Positions 15,481 to 23,906 of a stretch of 24,000 nucleotides of DNA are shown piece by piece. How positions within the stretch are numbered: position 1 is the stretch's first letter; the number at the start of each line of letters is the position of its first letter. Origin of the DNA: an uncultured marine group I thaumarchaeote (GTDB lineage Archaea; Thermoproteota; Nitrososphaeria; Nitrososphaerales; Nitrosopumilaceae); the NCBI GenBank assembly GCA_902590655.1, contig CACIXQ010000005.1, positions 11,768-35,767 of the forward strand. Reading direction: 5' to 3'. A model generated the notes under the pieces. That model searched no databases and was not told where the DNA came from. It saw only the letters and a list, made by a program, of their open reading frames with translations. Position numbers and translations under genes: made by a program.

Positions 15481-16041
15481 TTAAGTTTGCTGTTCCTTCC
15501 ATTTGATTGAGCAACCAATGGATGGGTCAAAATCCTTTTCTATCTTTTCTCCTGCCAGGAATTTCTTCAAGTTGTCCTGCATTGTATTTTCCGTTGCAGT
15601 AGCATCAGGATTCATGGCATTATCAATTCTACCATGAAAAATTAACTTCCTATCCTCATCAAAAAGGAATGGGTCAGGCGTACAAACCGCACCATATATT
15701 TTTGCAACTTCTTGTTTTTCGTCTACGAGATAATCAAATTTCATACCTTTCTCATTAGCTGTTTTTTGCATATTTTCAAAACTGTCATCTGGATATTCTG
15801 TCGAGTCGTTACTGTTTATCCCGACTATAGCAATATTTTCATTGAATTTCTCATGAATCTCCTTGATGGCCTCAATCTTAGCCTTGACATATGGGCAGTG
15901 ATTACACATGAAGATTATCAGTAATCCCTTACTTCCAGCATAGCTTTCAAGAGAATGCATTTTATCGTCAATTCCCTTTAATGAAAAATCTGGTGCACCG
16001 TCTCCGGTTTTTAGTGTGATCTTCGATTCTAATAGAACCAT
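15481..16041 (-). CDS. thioredoxin-fold redoxin (AhpC/TSA / TlpA-like thiol-disulfide oxidoreductase)
   Basis: 186 aa. APDFSL...LLIIFMCNHCPYV carries a CxxC in the redoxin context, followed by the typical GINSND...DYLVDE...YG layout. Confidence 0.8.
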   Translation of the reverse strand: MVLLESKITLKTGDGAPDFSLKGIDDKMHSLESYAGSKGLLIIFMCNHCPYVKAKIEAIKEIHEKFNENIAIVGINSNDSTEYPDDSFENMQKTANEKGMKFDYLVDEKQEVAKIYGAVCTPDPFLFDEDRKLIFHGRIDNAMNPDATATENTMQDNLKKFLAGEKIEKDFDPSIGCSIKWKEQQT

Positions 16042-16128
16042 CTAAAGAAAAACTCCTGTAAATCAAATAAAATTCTTGTCAATTAAAAAGAGAACAATTA
16101 AAATCTATACGGCAATGATTGAAGGGGA

Positions 16129-16202
16129 GGGCTGATAGTTCAGACTGGTAGAATACTCGCCTTGCACGCGAGGGGTCAGGGGTTCAAATCCCCTTCAGTC
16201 CA
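16129..16202 (+). tRNA. tRNA-Ala (anticodon UGC)
   Basis: It has acceptor GGGCTGA/TCAGTCC with the G3:U70 Ala identity pair, anticodon stem CTCGC/GCGAG with loop CTTGCAC, and T-arm AGGGG-TTCAAAT-CCCCT. Confidence 0.92.
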
Positions 16203-16288
16203 CCTTTAAAAACAAGCGTAAAATAGATCGTTCACAACTCTGACTATTTTAGATGGACTTAAATAGCAAATATTGCGCGATAGTAAAT

Positions 16289-16396
16289 ATGGCAGCTTTA
16301 ATTGAGATGTGGCCTGTGTTTATTCCACTGATTGTGGGATTAGCTCCAGGATTAGTTTACTGGTTTGCAATTACTGCTAGAAGAACTGGTAAGTAA
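16289..16396 (+). CDS. 35-codon hydrophobic mini-protein (not in the ORF track)
   Basis: ATG 16289 encodes MAALIEMWPVFIPLIVGLAPGLVYWFAITARRTGK, with stop TAA at 16394-16396. A TATA-like TTAAATAG at 16259-16266 lies about 23-30 nt upstream, and a T7 run at 16403-16409 follows just after the stop. Confidence 0.35.
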   Translation: MAALIEMWPVFIPLIVGLAPGLVYWFAITARRTGK

Positions 16397-16464
16397 AACA
16401 CCTTTTTTTAATTTCAGTATTTTGCTTTAATGAAAAACTATAATCTGTCTTTAACTATACTTGT

Positions 16465-16932
16465 ATGATGACACAATTTGATCTTGTTGCCATGGGTGGT
16501 ACATTTGATCTGATTCATGCAGGTCATGTTGCATTGTTAACCAAATCATTCTCAATATCATCCAAGGTGATAATAGGTCTAAGTAGTGATCAATTGGCAG
16601 AAAAACGTGGAAAAAATCTTACCAATGATTACTCAAAAAGACTGTCATCGTTAAAAGATGTAATTGAGCAGAACTTCCCAAATTCTTCGTATGAGATAAG
16701 TAAACTTGAGAATGACTTTGGACCAGCTGTTATCGAAGGAACTGTCCAGGCATTAGTTGTAAGTGAAGAGACCAGCAGTAAGGGTGTAAAACTTAACGAA
16801 CTGAGGGCGGAGAGAAACCACCAACCTGCGGAAATAGTTGTTGTGCCGATGGTATTAGCCAAGGATGGAAAAGCCATCTCAAGCACAAGAATCAAGAATT
16901 CTGAGATTGATAGTAGTGGAAATTTGAATTGA
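16465..16932 (+). CDS. coaD: phosphopantetheine adenylyltransferase, archaeal type (cytidylyltransferase family)
   Basis: 155 aa with a GGTFDLIHAGHVALL nucleotidyltransferase motif and a C-terminal ISSTRI motif. The size matches archaeal PPAT. Confidence 0.78.
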   Translation: MMTQFDLVAMGGTFDLIHAGHVALLTKSFSISSKVIIGLSSDQLAEKRGKNLTNDYSKRLSSLKDVIEQNFPNSSYEISKLENDFGPAVIEGTVQALVVSEETSSKGVKLNELRAERNHQPAEIVVVPMVLAKDGKAISSTRIKNSEIDSSGNLN

Positions 16933-16991
16933 CAAGCAACTTGCCTATCTTTGAGTTAGTCGAATAAAACAAGAATTTTGGCATTAATAGC

Positions 16992-17321
16992 ATGAGCGTT
17001 ACTAACAAGATGCTGAATAAGATAGACGTAGATATTGATAACCTAAGAGGCGGTCTTCAACCGGAAAACTTAGAGTATTGGTACAGAAAGATCACTGACG
17101 AGACAATAGAGATCCTCCCTCCATGGCTTCAAGACAAGATCAATATCACACAGGATCCAATACTCCCATTGAAATTTAACATAGACATTTCAAAGCGAGC
17201 TGTACGCTATTTCATGCAAGTTATTGACTATAATTTGCAAAAAATGCCATACACAACACAGCTGTATTTTATGAAAGTGCAGGAAGTTGTTAGCACAAAC
17301 ATGGACAAGTCACTAGTCTGA
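16992..17321 (+). CDS. hypothetical protein
   Basis: 109-aa ATG-initiated ORF in a clean intergenic slot. No family was recognised. Confidence 0.5.
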   Translation: MSVTNKMLNKIDVDIDNLRGGLQPENLEYWYRKITDETIEILPPWLQDKINITQDPILPLKFNIDISKRAVRYFMQVIDYNLQKMPYTTQLYFMKVQEVVSTNMDKSLV

Positions 17322-17363
17322 GTTCACTACAACTTATATTTTAGAATCAGAGGGCTGTATTAA

Positions 17364-17975
17364 TTGGCTAGAAAAACACGAAAAATTAAGGACAAGTGGA
17401 AGGAAAAAAGATGGGTAAGGGTCTTAGCACCTGATTCATTTAACAATGTTCCTGTAGCATACGTTCCAATAACTGACGACAAAAATGCTGTGGGGAGAGT
17501 AGTTGAAGTTACATTATTTGATATTTTGAAAGGCGATCCATCACAACATCAATACAAACTATTTTTCCAAATTAACAAAGTATCTGAAGACAAGGCTACT
17601 ACAATTTTTAAGAGATATGAATATTCGAAGGAATTCTTACGAAGTTTGATTAGACGTGGCTCTTCTAGGATTAATTTTGTTATAGATACAAAAACGAAAG
17701 ATGGTTATTCCTTTAGAATTAAGGTGTTAACTCTTAGCCATAGGGAACTTAACACGTCTAGAAAACATGCATTAAGGTTAGAGGCTAAAAAACAAATAGA
17801 AAAGATAGTCCCACAGATGACAATTGATGAATTTGCTCAGGCAGCATGTTATGGAAGGATTAACGGTGATATTATGGCGGCTACAAAAAAGATAATCCGT
17901 GTAAGACACGTTGGTCTGGAAAAAGTGAAACTACTTAGAACTTCCGAAGAAGAAGTAGCACTTCTTGAAGCTTAG
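17364..17975 (+). CDS. rps3ae: 30S ribosomal protein eS1 (S3Ae)
   Basis: 203 aa with a TTG start. ARKTRKIKDKWKEKRWVRVLAP... is typical of the S3Ae N-terminus. Confidence 0.92.
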   Translation: MARKTRKIKDKWKEKRWVRVLAPDSFNNVPVAYVPITDDKNAVGRVVEVTLFDILKGDPSQHQYKLFFQINKVSEDKATTIFKRYEYSKEFLRSLIRRGSSRINFVIDTKTKDGYSFRIKVLTLSHRELNTSRKHALRLEAKKQIEKIVPQMTIDEFAQAACYGRINGDIMAATKKIIRVRHVGLEKVKLLRTSEEEVALLEA

Positions 17976-18000
17976 ATTAAGGCAGAAAGTTTCTTTTAAA

Positions 18001-18432
18001 ATGGCAAAAAACACCGTAGTTAAAATAGATTTAATATTGCATGCTACGGAAGATTTTAAAAAAATTGTCGAACCTCTAAATGATTTGTTTGGAATAGAGG
18101 ATGATGAAATAGAAAAACATGAAGTTCCCGGACATTTTGGAAATCCAATTTTGATGCTACATATGGATCTTAAGAAAAAAAGGGCAGAACAATTCATCAA
18201 AAAACTTGTTTCCCTTATTCCTAGGGATCTGATAACAGAACTTTTGGGGAACATTGAAGAACGAATTTTTGAATCGTCTCTATATATACGGTTTTCAAAA
18301 CAGGATTTTGTTAGAAAAGATCTAAAATTTGAAGAAAGTGATCCAGTCAGAATTGCAATTTATACACCAACATATGTAAAAAGGGAGATACCAGAAACTT
18401 ATAGAAAATTATTAAATGAAAATAATGTATAG
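18001..18432 (+). CDS. conserved archaeal protein usually found downstream of rps3ae (COG1325-like, predicted exosome-associated RNA-binding protein)
   Basis: It occupies the position immediately after S3Ae and has the expected size. I prefer ATG 18001 (MAKNTVVKIDL...) over TTG 17965, which overlaps the S3Ae end. The family assignment comes from context and overall pattern only. Confidence 0.5.
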   Translation: MAKNTVVKIDLILHATEDFKKIVEPLNDLFGIEDDEIEKHEVPGHFGNPILMLHMDLKKKRAEQFIKKLVSLIPRDLITELLGNIEERIFESSLYIRFSKQDFVRKDLKFEESDPVRIAIYTPTYVKREIPETYRKLLNENNV

Positions 18433-18485
18433 GCTTGAAGTGTATTTTAGTACAATTTTAAATAAAGTTACGGGAGCCTAAAACC

Positions 18486-19949
18486 ATGAGTAACGATTAT
18501 GATGTTATTGTAGCTGGTGGTGGACTTACTGGAACTATCGTAGCTCAAGCAATTTCACATTATTCTAATCAAAATTTATCAATCCTTTCAATAGATAGAA
18601 ATCCAGAAACACTTCCAGGAAGAAAATCAAATCCAGGATGGACATGTGGTGACGCATGCTCAAAAGAAGCTGTTGATTTCATGACAGAGAGAATAAAGGT
18701 TCCTTGGACGTCTCCTGAAATTGAACATGACGTAAAAGGTGTCATGGCATTCTCACCTGATAAAGAAACTGCTATTCCATTTGATGGGGATGGCTACATG
18801 TTGAATCGTCAAAAACTACCAGAAGTTCAAAATGCAAGAACAAAGAAGATGGGAGTAAATTTTGACTTTGAAGTTAATCTTACAGGTTTACTATATGATG
18901 GACAACAAGCCATCGGCGTTCAGGGTATAAACAATAAAACAAATCAGCCATACAAAAAAACGGCAAAAGTTGTAATTGACGCCACTGGAGTTACATCAAT
19001 GCTTAGAAATCAACTAGAAAATTCTACTAAAATTGAGAGGAAGATAGACAGACGCGATTTGGAATCAACAGGCAGGCATATTATGTATTTTGAAAAGGGT
19101 GAAGAAGATCTAACTGAATTTGATCCGGATTATTGTATAATTCACTTAGACCAAGATATAGCACCAGGTGGATATGGATGGGTCTTCCCAAAGGCTGACA
19201 ACAAAGTAAACATTGGACTTGGTGTTGAAAAATCAATTTTGGATCAGAGAAATAAAAGACTTGGAAAAACTGACAACGTTGCATCATTGATGGAAGAATA
19301 TCTACAAAGAAATAAGGCAATCAAAAATGCAAAACTATCACAAGATCCATCAGATATTCACAATAACACTGGAGTATTCCAGGTTTCTGTAAGGAGACAA
19401 AATGATTGTTTAGTATCAGGTGGTTACATGCTAGTTGGAGACTCTGCATGGATGCCAAAACCAATTGATGCAGGTGGAATAGGTCCTGCCTTGATTGCTG
19501 GTACAATTCTAGGGAAAAATGTTGTAGATGCAATTGAAGCAAATGATGTCACAGAAAAGGGATTGTGGCAATACAATCTTGACTTTATTGAGGAATACGG
19601 TTACAAGACTGCTGGACTAGAACTTTTTAGACGTCTAGTACAAACATTAACCAACGAACAAATCAGTTATGGCATGAAACATTTTCTAGGAAATATTGAT
19701 GTTGAATCTATCAGTAAAGGCGAACATCCAGATTTCTCAGGTCTTACAAAACTTGGAATGATTATACGAGGAGCTATGAACAAGACAGTTGCTAACGGAC
19801 TAAAATACACATCAGAACAAAACAAGTGGTTGGTTGAACATTATAGAAATTATCCAAAAGATCCTGCTGGATTCGAAGAATGGAATAAATCTCTTCTTAA
19901 AACTCTTAATGAATCATTTGTAAAAATAGCCTCGTTTGCAAAGAATTAG
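18486..19949 (+). CDS. FAD-dependent geranylgeranyl reductase-family oxidoreductase
   Basis: 487 aa. It has an N-terminal dinucleotide-binding motif (DVIVAGGGLTGT), plus GGYGWVFPK and LVGDSA motifs typical of the GGR family. Confidence 0.82.
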   Translation: MSNDYDVIVAGGGLTGTIVAQAISHYSNQNLSILSIDRNPETLPGRKSNPGWTCGDACSKEAVDFMTERIKVPWTSPEIEHDVKGVMAFSPDKETAIPFDGDGYMLNRQKLPEVQNARTKKMGVNFDFEVNLTGLLYDGQQAIGVQGINNKTNQPYKKTAKVVIDATGVTSMLRNQLENSTKIERKIDRRDLESTGRHIMYFEKGEEDLTEFDPDYCIIHLDQDIAPGGYGWVFPKADNKVNIGLGVEKSILDQRNKRLGKTDNVASLMEEYLQRNKAIKNAKLSQDPSDIHNNTGVFQVSVRRQNDCLVSGGYMLVGDSAWMPKPIDAGGIGPALIAGTILGKNVVDAIEANDVTEKGLWQYNLDFIEEYGYKTAGLELFRRLVQTLTNEQISYGMKHFLGNIDVESISKGEHPDFSGLTKLGMIIRGAMNKTVANGLKYTSEQNKWLVEHYRNYPKDPAGFEEWNKSLLKTLNESFVKIASFAKN

Positions 19950-19983
19950 TCTTAAATAAAGTACCCAAGACAAGGATGTTACT

Positions 19984-20811
19984 TTGTCAGACCAAAGTGA
20001 ACAATCCATAGGAGGAAATGAACAACCATCTTATCTTGATTGGAACAATTCAATTGATGTTTTAGATAAAGCATTTGAGAATGGATTATTTGTTTTGATC
20101 ATTGGACCGAAGGGAACTGGTAAAACATCACTAGTAAGAGAATATGCAATACAAAAGTCAAGAGAATTAGAATCAATTAATTTTAGTCTTAGAACAAGGG
20201 AGAGTCATTTGATAGGAACCAAAAACTTAGTCGATGGTAATATTGGTTTTGATGAAGGAATTCTAGTCAAATCGATGAAGGAAGGAAATATCTTATACTT
20301 GGATGAAATTAATGCAGCAGAAGCTGACGTATTGTTAAGATTAGATGAAGCACTTGATGATCGTAGACAGATTATTCTCAAGGAATCTGACGGTAGAGTC
20401 ATCAAAGCAAAAGACTCGTGGTTTGTGATTGCAACAATCAATCCTCTCACACATGTTGGAACAAAGGAACTTCCTCCACAACTTCTAAGCAGATTTCCAG
20501 TTAGAATTAGATTAGATTATCCACCTGAAGATATTGAATACCAAATAATCAAAAAACACGTAAAAAATCCAAACGAATCTGAAGTTCTACAAGGAATTAA
20601 ACTAGCAAATACATTACGACAGGCATCAGCTGTTGAAGAGCTGTATTATTCTCCATCAATTAGAGAAACTATTGCATTTGCAAAGTTGTTAGAAAGCGGA
20701 GTTTCAGCAAAAGAATCAGCAAGGACCGTATTTGGAAACGTATACTCTCAATGGGGAAATGTAGAATTTCAAAAGGTAAATGACATTATTGCTTCTATGT
20801 TTGGTAGCTAA
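19984..20811 (+). CDS. MoxR-class AAA+ ATPase of the CbbQ/NirQ/NorQ type
   Basis: 275 aa with a TTG start. It has Walker A (IIGPKGTGKTS) and Walker B (ILYLDEINAAEADVL), then LDDRRQI...VIATINP...LLSRF. The size and layout match the single-ring AAA_5 CbbQ/NorQ proteins. Confidence 0.85.
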   Translation: MSDQSEQSIGGNEQPSYLDWNNSIDVLDKAFENGLFVLIIGPKGTGKTSLVREYAIQKSRELESINFSLRTRESHLIGTKNLVDGNIGFDEGILVKSMKEGNILYLDEINAAEADVLLRLDEALDDRRQIILKESDGRVIKAKDSWFVIATINPLTHVGTKELPPQLLSRFPVRIRLDYPPEDIEYQIIKKHVKNPNESEVLQGIKLANTLRQASAVEELYYSPSIRETIAFAKLLESGVSAKESARTVFGNVYSQWGNVEFQKVNDIIASMFGS

Positions 20812-22379
20812 TGCAATCCCTTGAATTACAAAATGATACTTTAATTGACATTGCGACTTTCCTTACAAGACGTTGGTCTGGAAAAGAAAATGTTACAGTC
20901 GAATTCTCAAAAATAAAACAAAGTGAAACAAGATTAAAGGAAAAAAGAATCCTATTGATGCCAAATGAAAATTATTATGGAGATGATTTTCAAAAATATA
21001 GACAGTTTAGAACTTCGATTTGGTATGAATCAATGCGATTAAAATATTGTGAAAAGATACTGAGCAATGATCATGCCTTTGGTTTTATTTTAAATGCGAT
21101 AGAGACACGTAGGATTGAACTTCTAGGAATTAAAACTTGGAAAGGAATGGTTGAGGAATTGATATTCAACTATACAAACATGTGGTTGTCTAGGTCTAAT
21201 CTAGGTTCAGTCTTTGGAAAAGCAAGGGTAGTGGAAGCATTCTATCAGTATTTCTTGTTTGATGATATCAAAGGTGAAATTCAGCCAAATCAGTTTAACA
21301 AAGTTTCAAAAGCTGTAGAGTTAGCCAAACACATTCTAAATGAGGCAATGGAACAAGAACACGACACAGCGTGGATTGAATCAAGAATACCAGAAATTTT
21401 AAAGATTTTAGATTTAGATGCCTTGATTTCTATCCCACTTTCAGTGCCTCTAAAGGGTCCTGGATTAGCCATAACACCTAATGATTTTGCTAAGGCAATG
21501 AAGCAAGTTACAAAATCACGAAAGGATGATTTTAGTAAGTTTGATTCAAAAAATGTTTTAGAAGGAAAAACTGTTCTTGATGAATTCAAAATAATAAAAA
21601 CTGAAAACAAGAAAAACGAGAAAAAAGGTTTGAGTACAAAATCAATTGGTATACAAATACCAGATCAGTCCAATGTAGATGAAACTATAATTTATGACCA
21701 GGATTTGATCAATAATTTGAAAGCCAAGTTTAAAGAATGGAAAACTGGATGGAAGGAATATCACTTTTTTGTAGGAGATGAGTTTGATAATGAAAGTTAT
21801 CTTGAGGGATATGATAGACCATTTGTAACGGACATAAAAAAATCAATTAATACGCGTATCGTAATTCTACTTGATCATTCATCTAGCATTGCTGATCAAC
21901 AAGTAGATTACAAAAAGGCCACACTAGCATTGTGTGAAGTCTTAGCTTTTTTGAAAATTAAATTTTCAGTATATGCATTCAATACTACTGAAAGGCAAGT
22001 GATGTGCTGGCTTGTCAAACCAGATAACTTGAAATGGAATAATTCGTGTGCAAAAAGACTTGCCCAAATTCCAGCCAACGGTGGAACACCTTTAGCCGAA
22101 GTTTATGATAAGCTGTACCCCATACTAAATTCTAAAAAACCAGACATCTTTCTCACACTTTCTGATGGAGAACCATCTGATGCATTTGCAGCTCGCTCTA
22201 TGGTAAAATCATTCAAATCTATTGGTATTAGGATGGTAGCAATTGGTGTTGGTCGGGATACACGTAATGCCACAATAATTGCAACCAATTTGAAATATCT
22301 GGGATTTGAGCGGACGTTGGGAGTTTCTAGACTTAGAGATATTCCTAATAAAGTGCTAAATGTACTAAGCGATAGATAA
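20811..22379 (+). CDS. von Willebrand factor A domain protein of the CbbO/NorD type
   Basis: 522 aa. The C-terminal VWA domain has a MIDAS DxSxS (ILLDHSSS), GGTPLAEV and LSDGEPSD. A long helical N-terminal region matches NorD/CbbO architecture. The ATG overlaps the stop of the ATPase gene (TAATG). Confidence 0.8.
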   Translation: MQSLELQNDTLIDIATFLTRRWSGKENVTVEFSKIKQSETRLKEKRILLMPNENYYGDDFQKYRQFRTSIWYESMRLKYCEKILSNDHAFGFILNAIETRRIELLGIKTWKGMVEELIFNYTNMWLSRSNLGSVFGKARVVEAFYQYFLFDDIKGEIQPNQFNKVSKAVELAKHILNEAMEQEHDTAWIESRIPEILKILDLDALISIPLSVPLKGPGLAITPNDFAKAMKQVTKSRKDDFSKFDSKNVLEGKTVLDEFKIIKTENKKNEKKGLSTKSIGIQIPDQSNVDETIIYDQDLINNLKAKFKEWKTGWKEYHFFVGDEFDNESYLEGYDRPFVTDIKKSINTRIVILLDHSSSIADQQVDYKKATLALCEVLAFLKIKFSVYAFNTTERQVMCWLVKPDNLKWNNSCAKRLAQIPANGGTPLAEVYDKLYPILNSKKPDIFLTLSDGEPSDAFAARSMVKSFKSIGIRMVAIGVGRDTRNATIIATNLKYLGFERTLGVSRLRDIPNKVLNVLSDR

Positions 22380-22380
22380 C

Positions 22381-23079
22381 TTGGAATTCATAAACATATC
22401 AGAACCAGAAATTAGAAAACCACTAGTCATAGCTGCGATGCAGGATATGGGAAATGTTGGTAGTATAGTTGTTAATTTTATCAACAAAAATCTTGGTACT
22501 GCACCATTCCGACATGTAAAATCTACTAGACCGCCATATGTTTACGACAGAGGTGGATTTATTGAGATACCAGAAGAAAAATGGGAATACAGATTTGGTA
22601 ATGACATTATAATATTTGGTGGAGGCTCAGGACAACCCCAACAAAATGATGAGTTGAATGAATTATGTCAAGATGTAATTGATATAGCAAAAAAATATGA
22701 TGCTAAATTCATCTATACAGTTGGTGGATTCCATACAAGCAGACAATTTGGAAAACATCCAACCACATATGTAACAACTACATCAAAAAATCTGTTAGAA
22801 CAAGTACAGAAACTTGGTATAGAAACAACACCACAAGAATCTGTTATTACAGGATTTAATGGTCTTATACTTGGATATGCAAAACTCAATGGAATTAATG
22901 GAATGGGGCTTTACGGAGAGCTTTTGGAACCAAATATTCCACAATATAGAGCAGCAAAAACCATTATTCAAACCCTAGAAAAATTAACATATCAAAAATT
23001 AGGTGATTTGAGTGAATTAGATGCCAAGGCTGATGCAGTTGACAATCAACTAAGTGGTGATATGAAAGATGAATACTAA
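22381..23079 (+). CDS. PAC2-family (proteasome assembly chaperone 2-like, COG1938) protein
   Basis: 232 aa. PLVIAAMQDMGNVGSIVVNFI, IIIFGGGSGQP, FIYTVGGF and the GFNGLILGYAKLNGINGMGLYGE pattern are typical of archaeal PAC2/PbaB-like proteins. The only possible start upstream of the conserved N-terminus is TTG 22381, 1 nt after the VWA stop. Confidence 0.7.
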   Translation: MEFINISEPEIRKPLVIAAMQDMGNVGSIVVNFINKNLGTAPFRHVKSTRPPYVYDRGGFIEIPEEKWEYRFGNDIIIFGGGSGQPQQNDELNELCQDVIDIAKKYDAKFIYTVGGFHTSRQFGKHPTTYVTTTSKNLLEQVQKLGIETTPQESVITGFNGLILGYAKLNGINGMGLYGELLEPNIPQYRAAKTIIQTLEKLTYQKLGDLSELDAKADAVDNQLSGDMKDEY

Positions 23080-23197
23080 AACAAAAAAGAAGACAATCTC
23101 CAAAAAGAAATCTAAATCAGCTAAAAGAAAGGAAAAAGAAATCAAAACTGAGATTTTTGAAGAAGAATATAGATACCAATGGAAAAATCGTCACTAG
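23069..23197 (+). CDS. 42-codon Lys-rich basic mini-ORF (speculative)
   Basis: ATG 23069 overlaps the PAC2 3' end by 11 nt. It encodes MNTKTKKKTISKKKSKSAKRKEKEIKTEIFEEEYRYQWKNRH, with stop TAG at 23195-23197. It exactly fills the gap to the convergent TRIC gene. It could be a chance ORF in A-rich sequence. Confidence 0.2.
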   Translation: MNTKTKKKTISKKKSKSAKRKEKEIKTEIFEEEYRYQWKNRH

Positions 23198-23198
23198 T

Positions 23199-23837
23199 CT
23201 AAGTACCGCCTCTTACTTTCGGCAAATTCCAGTTGTATTTCATCGCAACCATTCTTAAACCGGTAGTGACCACTATACCCAAAATACTTGCAGCGTAAAG
23301 CTGGTCGCTAAACATCAAAACAAAATAAAATACAATTGCACCAACAAAACTTGCACTGGCATAGAATTCCTTTATGAACACTATTGGAGTTTGATTGACA
23401 AAAATATCCCGAAGTATACCACCACCTATTGCGGTAAGCATGCCAGCAAGTATTATGATAAGAATATTCATTCCAAATAGATTGTACGCAAATGTGGCTC
23501 CTATTACGGTAAAAACACCAAGACCTATTGCATCAAATTTTAGGAAAAGATTCCAATGTTTACGCAGTCGTGAGTGTAGAAGAAATATGATAATGCCAGT
23601 AATTACAGTAATTATAACATATGATGGATCAATTAATGAATTTGGTAATGACTTTCCTAACACAATGTCACGAATTGTACCACCTGCAACACCAGTGATT
23701 GTAGCCAAAATAATTATACCTACAATATCAGCCTTGTTTTCAATAGCCTTGAACGCACCAGTAACGGCAAATGCCATTGTACCAAAAAGATCTAGAACGT
23801 GGATGAATGCTTCTACTGGAGTTGAAAATTCAACCAA
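23199..23837 (-). CDS. TRIC / UPF0126 family membrane protein (trimeric intracellular cation channel-like)
   Basis: 212 aa with a TTG start and 7 hydrophobic helices. The motif is duplicated (GVAGGTIRDIVLG and AIGGGILRDIFV), which is characteristic of UPF0126 repeats. Confidence 0.8.
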   Translation of the reverse strand: MVEFSTPVEAFIHVLDLFGTMAFAVTGAFKAIENKADIVGIIILATITGVAGGTIRDIVLGKSLPNSLIDPSYVIITVITGIIIFLLHSRLRKHWNLFLKFDAIGLGVFTVIGATFAYNLFGMNILIIILAGMLTAIGGGILRDIFVNQTPIVFIKEFYASASFVGAIVFYFVLMFSDQLYAASILGIVVTTGLRMVAMKYNWNLPKVRGGT

Positions 23838-23906
23838 TACAATTAGGATAGTAGTCTAGTAATTAACAATGAATGTCAGATTGGATCTAAAATTGATGAT
23901 ACAGAA

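Noticed and set aside
13454-22288. ORFs 13454-13642, 14487-14816, 15060-15272, 15712-15924, 16629-16895, 17931-18254, 19081-19320, 19321-19542, 20205-20450, 21290-21610, 22103-22288 and 23395-23859
   Set aside because: Each is antisense to a longer ORF with clear family motifs (Dam, redoxin, PPAT, GGR, AAA+, VWA, TRIC and others). They are treated as non-coding shadows.
23890-23900. TTGATGA resembling a C box of a C/D box sRNA in the TRIC-P1 intergenic region
   Set aside because: The first position is not a purine. I also found no CTGA D box at an appropriate distance downstream on the same strand.
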